A DNA stretch of 64,000 bases. Origin: an uncultured beta proteobacterium. GTDB taxonomy: Bacteria > Pseudomonadota > Gammaproteobacteria > Burkholderiales > JAEUMW01. The notes under the pieces are model-generated. The model worked only from the letters and a program-made list of their open reading frames with translations, searched no databases and was not told the origin of the DNA. Shown piece by piece: positions 9,059-17,409 of the stretch. The stretch lies in the NCBI GenBank assembly GCA_963747225.1, contig CAVVES010000020.1:34967-98966 (forward strand). Reading direction: 5' to 3'. Both the position numbers and the translations under genes were made by a program. Within the stretch, counting starts at the first letter, position 1. Each line of letters opens with the position of its first letter.

Positions 9059-9814
9059 ATGGCTTCCACGATGAGTTTGAAGCGACTGGACCTCGGCCAG
9101 CTGAGGACCGCCTGCTCCGCCTGCAGCCTGCGCGAGCTGTGCCTGCCGGTTGGGCTCGACCCTGAAGAGGTCGCCAAGCTCGAGATGCTGATCGGACGCT
9201 CCCGCCCGCTTCGGCGCGGTGAATATCTGTTCCGGGTCGGCGCTCCGTTTCAGTCGCTATACGCGGTGCGCACGGGATTCCTCAAGAGCTATGTATTGCA
9301 CGAGGACGGGCGGGAGCAGGTTACGGGCTTTCACATGATGGGGGAGATCGTGGGCATGGACGCGATCTCGGGCGACGTGCACACCTGCGACGCGATCGCA
9401 CTCGAAGACACCGAAATCTGCGAGATCCCGTTCGCCCGGCTCGAGGAACTGTCGCGCCACATGCCGACGTTGGATCGCCACTTGCACAAGATCATGAGCC
9501 GGGAAATCGTGCGCGACCATGGAGTGATGCTGCTCCTGGGCACCATGAAGGCCGAGGAACGGCTCGCCGCATTTCTGCTCAATCTGTCACAGCGTTATGC
9601 CGCGCGCGGCTACTCGCCGACGAGCTTTCACCTGCGCATGACGCGCGAGGAGATCGGCAGCTACCTCGGCCTCAAGCTCGAGACGGTGAGCCGCGCGTTC
9701 TCCCACTTCCAGGAAGAGGGTCTGGTGAGCGTCCGCAACAAGGACGTCGAGCTGAAGGATGTGGAAGCGCTGAAAGCGATGATCGGGCAGTCCACGAACT
9801 GTCCACGGCACTGA
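9059..9814 (+). CDS. fnr: FNR-type (Crp/Fnr family) oxygen-sensing transcriptional regulator
   Basis: 251 aa. N-terminal Cys cluster CSACSLRELC (C-x2-C-x5-C) plus an internal Cys, a cNMP-like domain, and the C-terminal HTH REEIGSYLGLKLETVSR. Confidence 0.9.
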   Translation: MASTMSLKRLDLGQLRTACSACSLRELCLPVGLDPEEVAKLEMLIGRSRPLRRGEYLFRVGAPFQSLYAVRTGFLKSYVLHEDGREQVTGFHMMGEIVGMDAISGDVHTCDAIALEDTEICEIPFARLEELSRHMPTLDRHLHKIMSREIVRDHGVMLLLGTMKAEERLAAFLLNLSQRYAARGYSPTSFHLRMTREEIGSYLGLKLETVSRAFSHFQEEGLVSVRNKDVELKDVEALKAMIGQSTNCPRH

Positions 9815-9864
9815 AGAACGCTGCGCGCGGACCCTCAAGCACTCGCATCAAGCGATCGTCCCCG

Positions 9865-10981
9865 TCATAGCAGTCCTTTCGCGAGTTGCCCGAGCAGGAA
9901 TCTGGATCGCGAGCACGCCGATGAAAGGGATTACGACCGGCAGCGCAATCGCGAGCAGGGACGCCTTGCCAAGGGGAACGGGCCGCATCCGCATAGAGGG
10001 CGACGGTATCCGCGACCGGCCCGATCTCGGGCGCGGACAAGAGCGGCTCATTGCGCGTTGTCTCGCCCAGGATCCACTTGCTTCGCACCGCGGCGCCGTG
10101 CTGCGCGACCAGTGCGCCGTACTCGAGGAGTGCCTGGTTCTTCGCGCGCGCAAGCTTGCCGGCGAACATCAGGCACGGCGACAGAAAGACGAGGAGCAGG
10201 ATCACCAGCGCGGCGATCATCATCGGGTAGAGCGTGTGCACGTCGAGGCGGTGAAACTCGGCGTCGTGCGCCCAGCCGCCAGCGAGCACCATTGCGACCA
10301 CGAACACAAGGAGGCTGAACGCGCCGGGATAGCGTTCCAGGAAGCCGAGGCCACCCGCGCGATCGGTATGGGTCGGAACGATGGCGAGGTCGAGCTTCGC
10401 AATACGCCTGAGTGCGGTGGCGAACAGAATCAGGCGCCACAGCCAGCCGAGCAGCAACGCGACGAAGATCGGCCGACCGACGTAGACGTACCACCAGCCG
10501 CCGAAGCCGAGCGCAGGCGCGGCCGCGGCTTCGCCTTCAGTCGCTCATGAGAGTTCGTGTGCGCGGCTCACCACGGCCCCGGGAACGCCCAGGCCATGAT
10601 CACCCACGGCAGCGCCGCATCACGCAAACGCGCGGTGCCCGCGAGGGATTGCGCGAAAGCGTGGCACATCCTCGGGCCAGACGATGCCCGCATGCACAAA
10701 TTGCGGTATGAGCCGGAGCGTCACGCTCTCAGAGGCCACCTCCGCGATGATCAGCAAAGGGATGCTGAAGAGAAGACGCGCGTGCACACCAAAGTGCTGC
10801 AGCAGCGGCTCCACGCTTTGCCCCGGTTCGGGCACCGCCAGGCCTACGGTCCAGGCCCACACGGCGACGGGAAGCCAAGGCGAGCGCCGTCCAAGAAGAG
10901 CGCACGCCGTCCGACGCCCATGCCGCCGCGCGGGACGAGTCCGATGCGCCTTTGCAGGCGGAACGGAAAATCGTTCCGCAC
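9865..10981 (-). pseudogene. conserved-hypothetical polytopic membrane protein, disrupted (several frameshifts and an in-frame TGA)
   Basis: A recognisable reading (..RNDFPFRLQRRIGLVPRGGMGVGRRALFL.., ..EPLLQHFGVHARLLFSIPLLIIAE.., ..GFGGWWYVYVGRPIFVALLLGWLWRLILF.., ..PLGKASLLAIALPVVIPFIGVLAIQIP.., LLGQLAKGLL*) hops between all three minus frames. All three frames have stops at 10540-10570. The start is uncertain. Confidence 0.5.
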
Positions 10982-11094
10982 GAGAGAGATGTCGTCCGGC
11001 GGGTCGAGCGGCGGCGGCGAGCTAACGCCGCGGCCTGCCCATGTCCGCGCGCAGTCCACTCCAGGACCGTTGCCTATGGCCGCAACCCGATGCG

Positions 11095-11424
11095 TCAGAA
11101 CTTGTAGAAGCGCCGATTCAGGTACTGCACCACCTCGGCTTTCTCCTGTGCGCTCCAATCCAGTTTCTGATTCGCCTGCCAGCGGTCGACCTGCTCTTCG
11201 AGCTGTCCCATGTTGCGCACGAGCCGGCTGTCGCGCGTGTGCGCGATGGTCTTGTGGCACCCCGCGCAGTGATTCTCGTAGAGCGCCTGTCCCCGGTCGG
11301 CTGGCTCCGCCGCGTCAACATTGCCGACACTGGCGAGGCCGATTGCCGCAGCGCCGGCAGCGACAGATCGGAGAATCTTTCTCGCATGGACGCGCTGCCA
11401 CCAACCGGCGGAATCACCCACCAA
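11095..11424 (-). CDS. monohaem c-type cytochrome (small, signal peptide)
   Basis: 109-aa ORF with the haem motif CAGCH and an N-terminal signal-like segment. Confidence 0.72.
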   Translation of the reverse strand: MVGDSAGWWQRVHARKILRSVAAGAAAIGLASVGNVDAAEPADRGQALYENHCAGCHKTIAHTRDSRLVRNMGQLEEQVDRWQANQKLDWSAQEKAEVVQYLNRRFYKF

Positions 11425-11725
11425 GTTGCTCGCGCTTCGTGCGGGCCTCGGCGTGATCCATCGGGCCCGCGTGGTGATTCACATCGAAAGGCGAACGCTG
11501 CAGAAACACCGTAAGGGCGCTGGAGGCCGCCGCGAACGCCCAGAGCACGAGGAAACCGACGGAATAGAGCGCCGTGCGGCTCCAGTCGAGGGCCGTGCCG
11601 AAAACCCGGATGTCCTCGGGATCGACCGCGGTGAAAAAGACGCCGGTGCCGATGCCGGCTACGATGAACGCCGGCCACAGCACCCATATAATGCGCTGAG
11701 TCATCTCGCTATCATGATTCTCCAT
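11414..11725 (-). CDS. small hypothetical membrane protein
   Basis: 103-aa ORF with two predicted TM helices (IIWVLWPAFIVAGIGTGVFF, LYSVGFLVLWAFAAASSALTVF). It overlaps the downstream cytochrome c gene by 11 nt. Confidence 0.5.
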   Translation of the reverse strand: MENHDSEMTQRIIWVLWPAFIVAGIGTGVFFTAVDPEDIRVFGTALDWSRTALYSVGFLVLWAFAAASSALTVFLQRSPFDVNHHAGPMDHAEARTKREQLGG

Positions 11726-11788
11726 CGCGCACCCTTGTCAGTCGACCCTCCGCGATACCTCACGCCGTGCTGCCATAGCTGCCACAGA

Positions 11789-12373
11789 TCACCCTTCCCG
11801 CGGCTGCAGCACAACCTCCTCGTCCCGCGGCGCGCGCATCTCCCCGGTGAGCCGCCACGACTGATTCGCATCCTCCAGGATCAGCAGCCAGCGTCCCGCG
11901 CTGAGGGGCTTGATCGCACCGTCGAACCGGCTGGCGCCGCTCGCGGGCAGCGCCACGGTCTGGTCCGCTCCAGCGCGCGTCGGGTGGACGATCCTGAGGC
12001 GCAGCACCCGGGGGATCGCGGCACCTGCTTCGCTTGACATCCTCACGCGCAGCAGCTGATGGTCGAAGTCGAAATACAGCGTCGCTTCATAGCCGAGCTC
12101 TGCGGACATATGGTCCCGATGCAACAGTTGATTGATGGCGAGACCCTGCTTGTAGTAGTCCTCGGCGACCAGGCCGTCGTCGGTCTTGACGGCGAGCCAC
12201 AGGGTCACAAAGCCGGCGATCACGGAGGCAAGTGGACCTGCCATGAGCAACCAGGGCCACGGTTCCCGATACCAGGGACGACGACTGACGCCAATCTCTT
12301 GCGGCAAGGTGCTCAAGGGTTCCTCACTGGGCGTAGAAACTCGTTTTCGCGGTGGCGACGAGGCTCGCGTCAT
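11789..12373 (-). CDS. ccoH: FixH/CcoH family protein
   Basis: 194 aa. WYREPWPWLLMAGPLASVIAGFVTLWLAV...DYYKQGLAINQ is typical of FixH, and the gene follows ccoG. The start is uncertain because of a 50-nt overlap with ccoG. Confidence 0.78.
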   Translation of the reverse strand: MTRASSPPRKRVSTPSEEPLSTLPQEIGVSRRPWYREPWPWLLMAGPLASVIAGFVTLWLAVKTDDGLVAEDYYKQGLAINQLLHRDHMSAELGYEATLYFDFDHQLLRVRMSSEAGAAIPRVLRLRIVHPTRAGADQTVALPASGASRFDGAIKPLSAGRWLLILEDANQSWRLTGEMRAPRDEEVVLQPREG

Positions 12374-13820
12374 CGATCGATTTCACCTCGAACTCGATGG
12401 GATTCGATCCCGACCGCACCGCTGTCGGCTCCACCTGCACGCTGATCGGCACGGTCGTCGTCCCCGCACCCGCCAGCTCGACGCTTGACGCTTCCGCCAC
12501 GACCTTCGCACCCGGAATGCCGGACACCGAAACCGCAAACCTGTGCGGGTGCTCTGACGTGTTCAGTATCTGCACGCGATACACGTTCTCGAGGAGACCT
12601 TCGCTCGTTTCCCGCACCAGGTTTGCCCGGTCGCGCAGCACGTTCACTTTCAACGGCACACGCACGTACAGCGACACGACCATCGCCGTGATGACCGCCG
12701 CGAGGATGCCGATGTATACGAGAACGCGCGGACGCAGGAGGTGCGAGGTGACCTTCCCGAGCGCCGTCTTCTGCTCGGCGTACTTGCCCTGCATGGCATT
12801 CTCGGTGGAGTTGCGGATGAGGCCCTTCGGGTAGCCCATCTTTTCCATCACCGTGTCGCAGCCGTCGATGCAGGCACCGCAGGCGATGCACTCGTACTGC
12901 AGTCCGTCGCGGATGTCGATGCCGGTCGGACAGACCTGCACGCAGATCTTGCAGTCGATGCAGTCGCCGAGTCCCTGGGCCTTGTAGTCCGCCGATTTGG
13001 GGCGCGACCCGCGGGGCTCGCCACGCTCCCTATCGTAGGTGACGATGAGCGTGTCCGAATCGAACATCACCCCCTGGAAGCGTGCGTAGGGGCACATGTA
13101 CTTGCACACCTGCTCGCGCAGGAAACCGGCATTGCCGTAGGTCGCGAAGCCGTAGAAGAACGTCCAGAACGTCTCCCACGGACCGAGCCTGAAGGTCGCC
13201 AACTCGCCAAGCAGCGTCTTGATCGGCGTGAAGTAGCCCACGAAGGTGATCCCAGTCCACAAAGCAACGGCGATCCACGCCGCGTGCTTCGCCGTCTTGA
13301 TGCCGATCTTGTGCGCCGTCCACGGCTCGCTGTCGAGCTTCATCCGCGCCGGACGCTCACCCTCGATCTTGCGCTCGATCCACATGAACATTTCGGTGTA
13401 GACCGTCTGCGGACAGGCGTAGCCGCACCACAATCGCCCGGCCACCGCCGTGAACAGGAAGAGCGACAACGCACAGATGATGAGGAGGCCGGCGAGAAAG
13501 ATGAAGTCCTGGGGCCAGAATACGAGGCCGAAGATGTAGAACTTGCGCGCGCCCAGGTCGAAGAGAACGCCCTGCCGCCCGTTCCAGATCGTCCACGGCA
13601 ACCCATAGAAGACGACTTGGGTGAGGATGACGAGTGTGACGCGCCACGACGCGAAAACACCGTGCACCGAACGCGGATAGATCTTCTTGCGGACTTCGAA
13701 GAGCTCGACTTCTACGGTGTCCGCCTCTGCGGCGGAGGCTGCAACCTTCGGGAGCGGAGTGCTCAATGTCCTTCCTCGGCCCGGACAACGGCGGACCCGG
13801 CGGACGCAAGGTTCTCGCAA
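12324..13820 (-). CDS. ccoG: cbb3 oxidase accessory 4Fe-4S protein CcoG/FixG
   Basis: KIYPRSVHGVFASWR, CGYACPQTVYTE, and the ferredoxin box CIDCKICVQVCPTGIDIRDG. The exact start is uncertain. Confidence 0.9.
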   Translation of the reverse strand: MREPCVRRVRRCPGRGRTLSTPLPKVAASAAEADTVEVELFEVRKKIYPRSVHGVFASWRVTLVILTQVVFYGLPWTIWNGRQGVLFDLGARKFYIFGLVFWPQDFIFLAGLLIICALSLFLFTAVAGRLWCGYACPQTVYTEMFMWIERKIEGERPARMKLDSEPWTAHKIGIKTAKHAAWIAVALWTGITFVGYFTPIKTLLGELATFRLGPWETFWTFFYGFATYGNAGFLREQVCKYMCPYARFQGVMFDSDTLIVTYDRERGEPRGSRPKSADYKAQGLGDCIDCKICVQVCPTGIDIRDGLQYECIACGACIDGCDTVMEKMGYPKGLIRNSTENAMQGKYAEQKTALGKVTSHLLRPRVLVYIGILAAVITAMVVSLYVRVPLKVNVLRDRANLVRETSEGLLENVYRVQILNTSEHPHRFAVSVSGIPGAKVVAEASSVELAGAGTTTVPISVQVEPTAVRSGSNPIEFEVKSIDDASLVATAKTSFYAQ

Positions 13821-13916
13821 CGCAAGCCCTGACGCCGACCTCCGGAAGCCCGCCGACCCTCGTTCAGAACAAACCCGGTTGAGGCGGCACTACCGCTCGG
13901 CGCCAGATCCTGCGTC

Positions 13917-14822
13917 CTATTTGTTGTGGGCGGAAAGCGAGTAGACATAGGCCGCGAGCAGGTGCACCTTCTCTTCGCCCAGTACGTCCTTGAACGCCGG
14001 CATGACGTTGTTGCGACCCTTGGTGACGGTTTCCATGATGGTGGTCAGGGATCCGCCGTAGAGCCACACGTTGTCGGTGAGGTTCGGCGCACCGAGCGCC
14101 GGATTGCCCTTTCCTTCCGGCCCGTGGCACGCCGCGCACACTGCAAACTTCTCCTTTCCGAGCGCCGCGAGTTCTTCGTCGTACGGCTTCTGTCCCGAGA
14201 TCTGGCGCACGAAGTTCGCGACCTCCTTCACACCCTGGGGACCGCCCACGGCGTCGATCATCGGTGGCATGATCCCGTTGCGTCCGTTGAGAATGGTCGT
14301 CTGGATCGTTTCGGGCGTGCCGCCGTACAGCCAGTCGCCGTCGGTGAGGTTCGGGAAGCCCTTCGCGCCCCGCGCATCCGAGCCGTGACACTGATAGCAA
14401 TAGGTGAGGAAGAGGCGCTGTCCCATCTGGCGCGCCTCCGCATCGGCGCTTACTGCGGGAATCTCCATCTTCGCGTACTTCGCGAAGAGCGGTCCGAACT
14501 CGGCGTCCGCCCGCGCCTGCTCGGCCTGGTATTGCGAGACCGCCGACCAATTGAGGAGTCCGGGAAAACTGCCGAGGCCGGGATAAAGCGCGAGATACAC
14601 GAGCGCGAAGACGACGGTGCCGTAGAACCAGTAGACCCACCAGCGCGGGCACGGGTTGTTCCATTCCTCCAGGTCCTCGTCCCACGTGTGGGTCGTGGCG
14701 AGCTGCTCGCCCTTCGGGCGCGGCCTGCTCTGACTCTTGAGAATGACCGCGCAGAAGGCGATGCCGGCGAGTGCAATGATCGCGACGTAAAAGCTCCAGA
14801 AACCGCTCGTGAAATCGCTCAT
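13917..14822 (-). CDS. ccoP: cbb3-type cytochrome c oxidase subunit III (dihaem)
   Basis: 301 aa with an N-terminal TM helix and two haem motifs, CYQCHG and CAACHG. Confidence 0.93.
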   Translation of the reverse strand: MSDFTSGFWSFYVAIIALAGIAFCAVILKSQSRPRPKGEQLATTHTWDEDLEEWNNPCPRWWVYWFYGTVVFALVYLALYPGLGSFPGLLNWSAVSQYQAEQARADAEFGPLFAKYAKMEIPAVSADAEARQMGQRLFLTYCYQCHGSDARGAKGFPNLTDGDWLYGGTPETIQTTILNGRNGIMPPMIDAVGGPQGVKEVANFVRQISGQKPYDEELAALGKEKFAVCAACHGPEGKGNPALGAPNLTDNVWLYGGSLTTIMETVTKGRNNVMPAFKDVLGEEKVHLLAAYVYSLSAHNK

Positions 14823-14836
14823 TCTGGTTACGCTCC

Positions 14837-15025
14837 TTAATTGTCGGGGGCGGCGCGGGAAGTCTTGCCGTCTTCGCGGCGCGGCGCGTCGTCTTCGTCG
14901 AAGGGAAGCCGGGCCGCCTCGTCGAAGGCACGCTTGCGCTTCTTGCTGAAGGCCCAGAGCACGATGCCGACGAAAAGGACGAACATGATCACCGTCATCG
15001 CGGCACGAACATCCGTGGTGTCCAT
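14837..15025 (-). CDS. ccoQ: cbb3-type cytochrome c oxidase subunit IV
   Basis: This is the 62-aa tail of track ORF 14837..15448 (MDTTDVRAAMTVIMFVLFVGIVLWAFSKKRK..). It is a single-TM protein located between ccoO and ccoP. Confidence 0.8.
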   Translation of the reverse strand: MDTTDVRAAMTVIMFVLFVGIVLWAFSKKRKRAFDEAARLPFDEDDAPRREDGKTSRAAPDN

Positions 15026-15027
15026 CG

Positions 15028-15645
15028 TCACTTCGTTCCCTTGAGGGCGGTGCCGAGGCCCTGCAGATACGCGATCAGCGCATCGAGCTCGCTCTTGCCC
15101 GCCACCGCCGCGGTGGCTCCGTTGATCTCTTCGTCCGTGTAGGGCACTCCCACGAACCGCAGCGCTCTCATCTTCGCAGGCAGATCCTTGCCGTCGACGG
15201 CGGTCTGCGCGAGCCACGGGTACCCGGGCATGTTCGACTCGGGTACCACATCGCGGGGTTGATTGAAGTGCACCCGGTGCCATTCGTCCGAGTAGCGTCC
15301 TCCCACCCGTGCGAGGTCCGGACCCGTGCGCTTGCTGCCCCACTGGAAGGGGTGGTCGTACACCGACTCGCCCGCCACGGAGAAATGTCCGTAGCGCTCG
15401 GTCTCGGCGCGGAACGGCCGGATCATCTGCGAGTGGCAGGTGTAACACCCTTCGCGAATGTAGACGTCCCGCCCCGCGAGCCGCAGCGGCGGATAAGGCT
15501 TGAGCCCGGCTATCGGCTCCGTGGTGGACTTCTGGAAGAAGAGCGGCACGATTTCCACCAACCCGCCCACCGAAACGACGATCAGGGTCAGCACGACCAG
15601 GAGACCGACGTTTTGCTCGATCTTTTCATGAAAGGTACCGGACAT
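15028..15645 (-). CDS. ccoO: cbb3-type cytochrome c oxidase subunit II (monohaem)
   Basis: This is the 205-aa C-terminal part of track ORF 15028..17034, starting [16 protein letters not shown]. Haem motif CYTCHS. Confidence 0.93.
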   Translation of the reverse strand: MSGTFHEKIEQNVGLLVVLTLIVVSVGGLVEIVPLFFQKSTTEPIAGLKPYPPLRLAGRDVYIREGCYTCHSQMIRPFRAETERYGHFSVAGESVYDHPFQWGSKRTGPDLARVGGRYSDEWHRVHFNQPRDVVPESNMPGYPWLAQTAVDGKDLPAKMRALRFVGVPYTDEEINGATAAVAGKSELDALIAYLQGLGTALKGTK

Positions 15646-15662
15646 GGTCACGCTCCTTCCGA

Positions 15663-17099
15663 TCAGGCGTGGGCGCCGGCAACCGCCGGAATCGGGGCAT
15701 CGAACGCCTTCTGACCGGCGATCGTCTTCACCACGTTGTACGCCATGATGAACATGCCGAACAGGAAGAGCGAGCCACCGAGCAGGCGGATACCGTAATA
15801 GGGGTACATCGTCTTCACCACTTCGGCGAAGCCGTAGGTGAGCGTGCCGTCGGCGTTGGTCGCGCGCCACATGAGACCCTGGCTTACACCGGCGATCCAC
15901 ATGGAGGCGATATACAGCACGACGCCGATGGTGGAGACCCAGAAATGCAGCGTGATGAGCGGGATGCTGTACATCTCTGCCCGTCCGAAGAGGCGCGGGA
16001 TCAGATAGTAGAGTGAGCCGATGGTGATCATCGCAACCCACCCTAGGGCGCCGGCGTGAACGTGGCCGATGGTCCATTCGGTGTAGTGCGACAGGGCGTT
16101 CACCGTCTTGATCGACATCATCGGCCCTTCGAAGGTCGACATGCCGTAGAACGACAGCGCCACGATCAGGAACTTCAGGATTGGGTCGGTGCGCAGTTTG
16201 TACCACGCTCCTGACAGAGTCATGATGCCGTTGATCATTCCGCCCCACGACGGGGCCATCAGGATGAGCGAGAAGACCATGCCGAGCGACTGGGTCCAGT
16301 CCGGCAGAGCGGTGTAGTGCAGGTGGTGCGGACCCGCCCACATGTAGGTGAAGATGAGCGCCCAGAAGTGTACGACGGAGAGCCGGTACGAATAGACCGG
16401 CCGGCCCGCCTGCTTCGGCACGAAGTAGTACATCATTCCGAGAAAGCCTGCAGTAAGGAAGAAGCCGACCGCGTTGTGGCCATACCACCACTGCACCATC
16501 GCGTCCTGGGCGCCCGCGTAGGCGGAGTACGATTTCCAGCTCGTGAGCCCGATCGGGATCTCCGCGCTGTTCACGATGTGCAGCAGGGCAATGGTGAGGA
16601 TGTAGCCGCCGAAGAACCAGTTGGCGACGTAGATGTGCGACACCTTCCGCTTCATGATGGTGCCGAAGAACACGACCGCGTAAGCCACCCACACCAGCGT
16701 GATCAGAATGTCGATCGGCCATTCGAGCTCGGCGTATTCCTTCGACGTGGTGATACCCTGGGGAAGGGTGATGACCGCGAGTACGATCACCGCCTGCCAG
16801 CCCCAGAACGTGAAGGCAGCGAGGCCGTCGCCGAAGAGCCGGGCGTGACAGGTTCGCTGCACACAGTAGTAAGAGGTCGCGAACAGCCCGCAGCCACCGA
16901 AGGCGAAGATCACGGCGTTGGTGTGCAGGGGACGCAGCCGGCCATAGGACAGCCAGGGAATGCCGTAAGTCAGATCCGGCCAGACGAGCTGCGCCGCAAC
17001 GATCACGCCGACCAGCATGCCTACGATTCCCCACACCACGGTCATGATCGCGAATTGCCTGATCACCTTGTAGTTATAGGTGGTTGCCTGCGCTTGCAT
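15663..17099 (-). CDS. ccoN: cbb3-type cytochrome c oxidase subunit I
   Basis: Track ORF 15663..17168. The start is refined to [16 protein letters not shown] at 17099, which has SD AAGGAGAAG. It is a polytopic haem-copper oxidase sequence. Confidence 0.94.
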   Translation of the reverse strand: MQAQATTYNYKVIRQFAIMTVVWGIVGMLVGVIVAAQLVWPDLTYGIPWLSYGRLRPLHTNAVIFAFGGCGLFATSYYCVQRTCHARLFGDGLAAFTFWGWQAVIVLAVITLPQGITTSKEYAELEWPIDILITLVWVAYAVVFFGTIMKRKVSHIYVANWFFGGYILTIALLHIVNSAEIPIGLTSWKSYSAYAGAQDAMVQWWYGHNAVGFFLTAGFLGMMYYFVPKQAGRPVYSYRLSVVHFWALIFTYMWAGPHHLHYTALPDWTQSLGMVFSLILMAPSWGGMINGIMTLSGAWYKLRTDPILKFLIVALSFYGMSTFEGPMMSIKTVNALSHYTEWTIGHVHAGALGWVAMITIGSLYYLIPRLFGRAEMYSIPLITLHFWVSTIGVVLYIASMWIAGVSQGLMWRATNADGTLTYGFAEVVKTMYPYYGIRLLGGSLFLFGMFIMAYNVVKTIAGQKAFDAPIPAVAGAHA

Positions 17100-17214
17100 G
17101 GTTCGCTTCTCCTTGACGGTCTGCAATCCTCTCGCACCGAGACGCCCAAGACGCCCAAGACGCCGCATGCCTGCGCGTCTTCGGTCACGCCGATGTTACG
17201 GAAAGACCGGTGCG

Positions 17215-17409
17215 CTACTTTTGATTTACATCAAATCGGTCGGGCTGTAAATTCCGCGACGGCGTCGGCCCGTCTTCATCCATCAGTATCCGGTGTGCCG
17301 GTCCCTCCAGATCTTCGAACTGCCCGCTCTTCAGGGCATACCAAAAGACGACCGCGATCGCCGCCACGAGCACCAGCGAAAGCGGGATCAGAAGATAAAG
17401 TATCTCCAT
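17215..17409 (-). CDS. ccoS: cbb3 oxidase maturation protein CcoS/FixS
   Basis: This is the 64-aa tail of track ORF 17215..17619 (MEILYLLIPLSLVLVAAIAVVFWYALKSGQFEDLEGPAHRIL). Its start overlaps the ccoI stop. Confidence 0.85.
   Translation of the reverse strand: MEILYLLIPLSLVLVAAIAVVFWYALKSGQFEDLEGPAHRILMDEDGPTPSRNLQPDRFDVNQK
17221..17234. promoter_or_regulatory. perfect FNR/Anr box upstream of ccoN
   Basis: TTGATTTACATCAA is a perfect palindrome lying ~128 nt upstream of the ccoN ATG, inside the last codons of ccoS (..FDVNQK*). Confidence 0.8.

Noticed and set aside
15028-17034. The 668-aa ORF spanning ccoO and most of ccoN.
   Set aside because: Only the last 205 codons (ccoO) make sense. 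The rest is an alternative frame of ccoN.
17141-17164. The 9-bp tandem repeat GACGCCCAA x2.7 in the ccoN leader.
   Set aside because: It is too short and simple to interpret. It is mentioned only as context for the FNR promoter.
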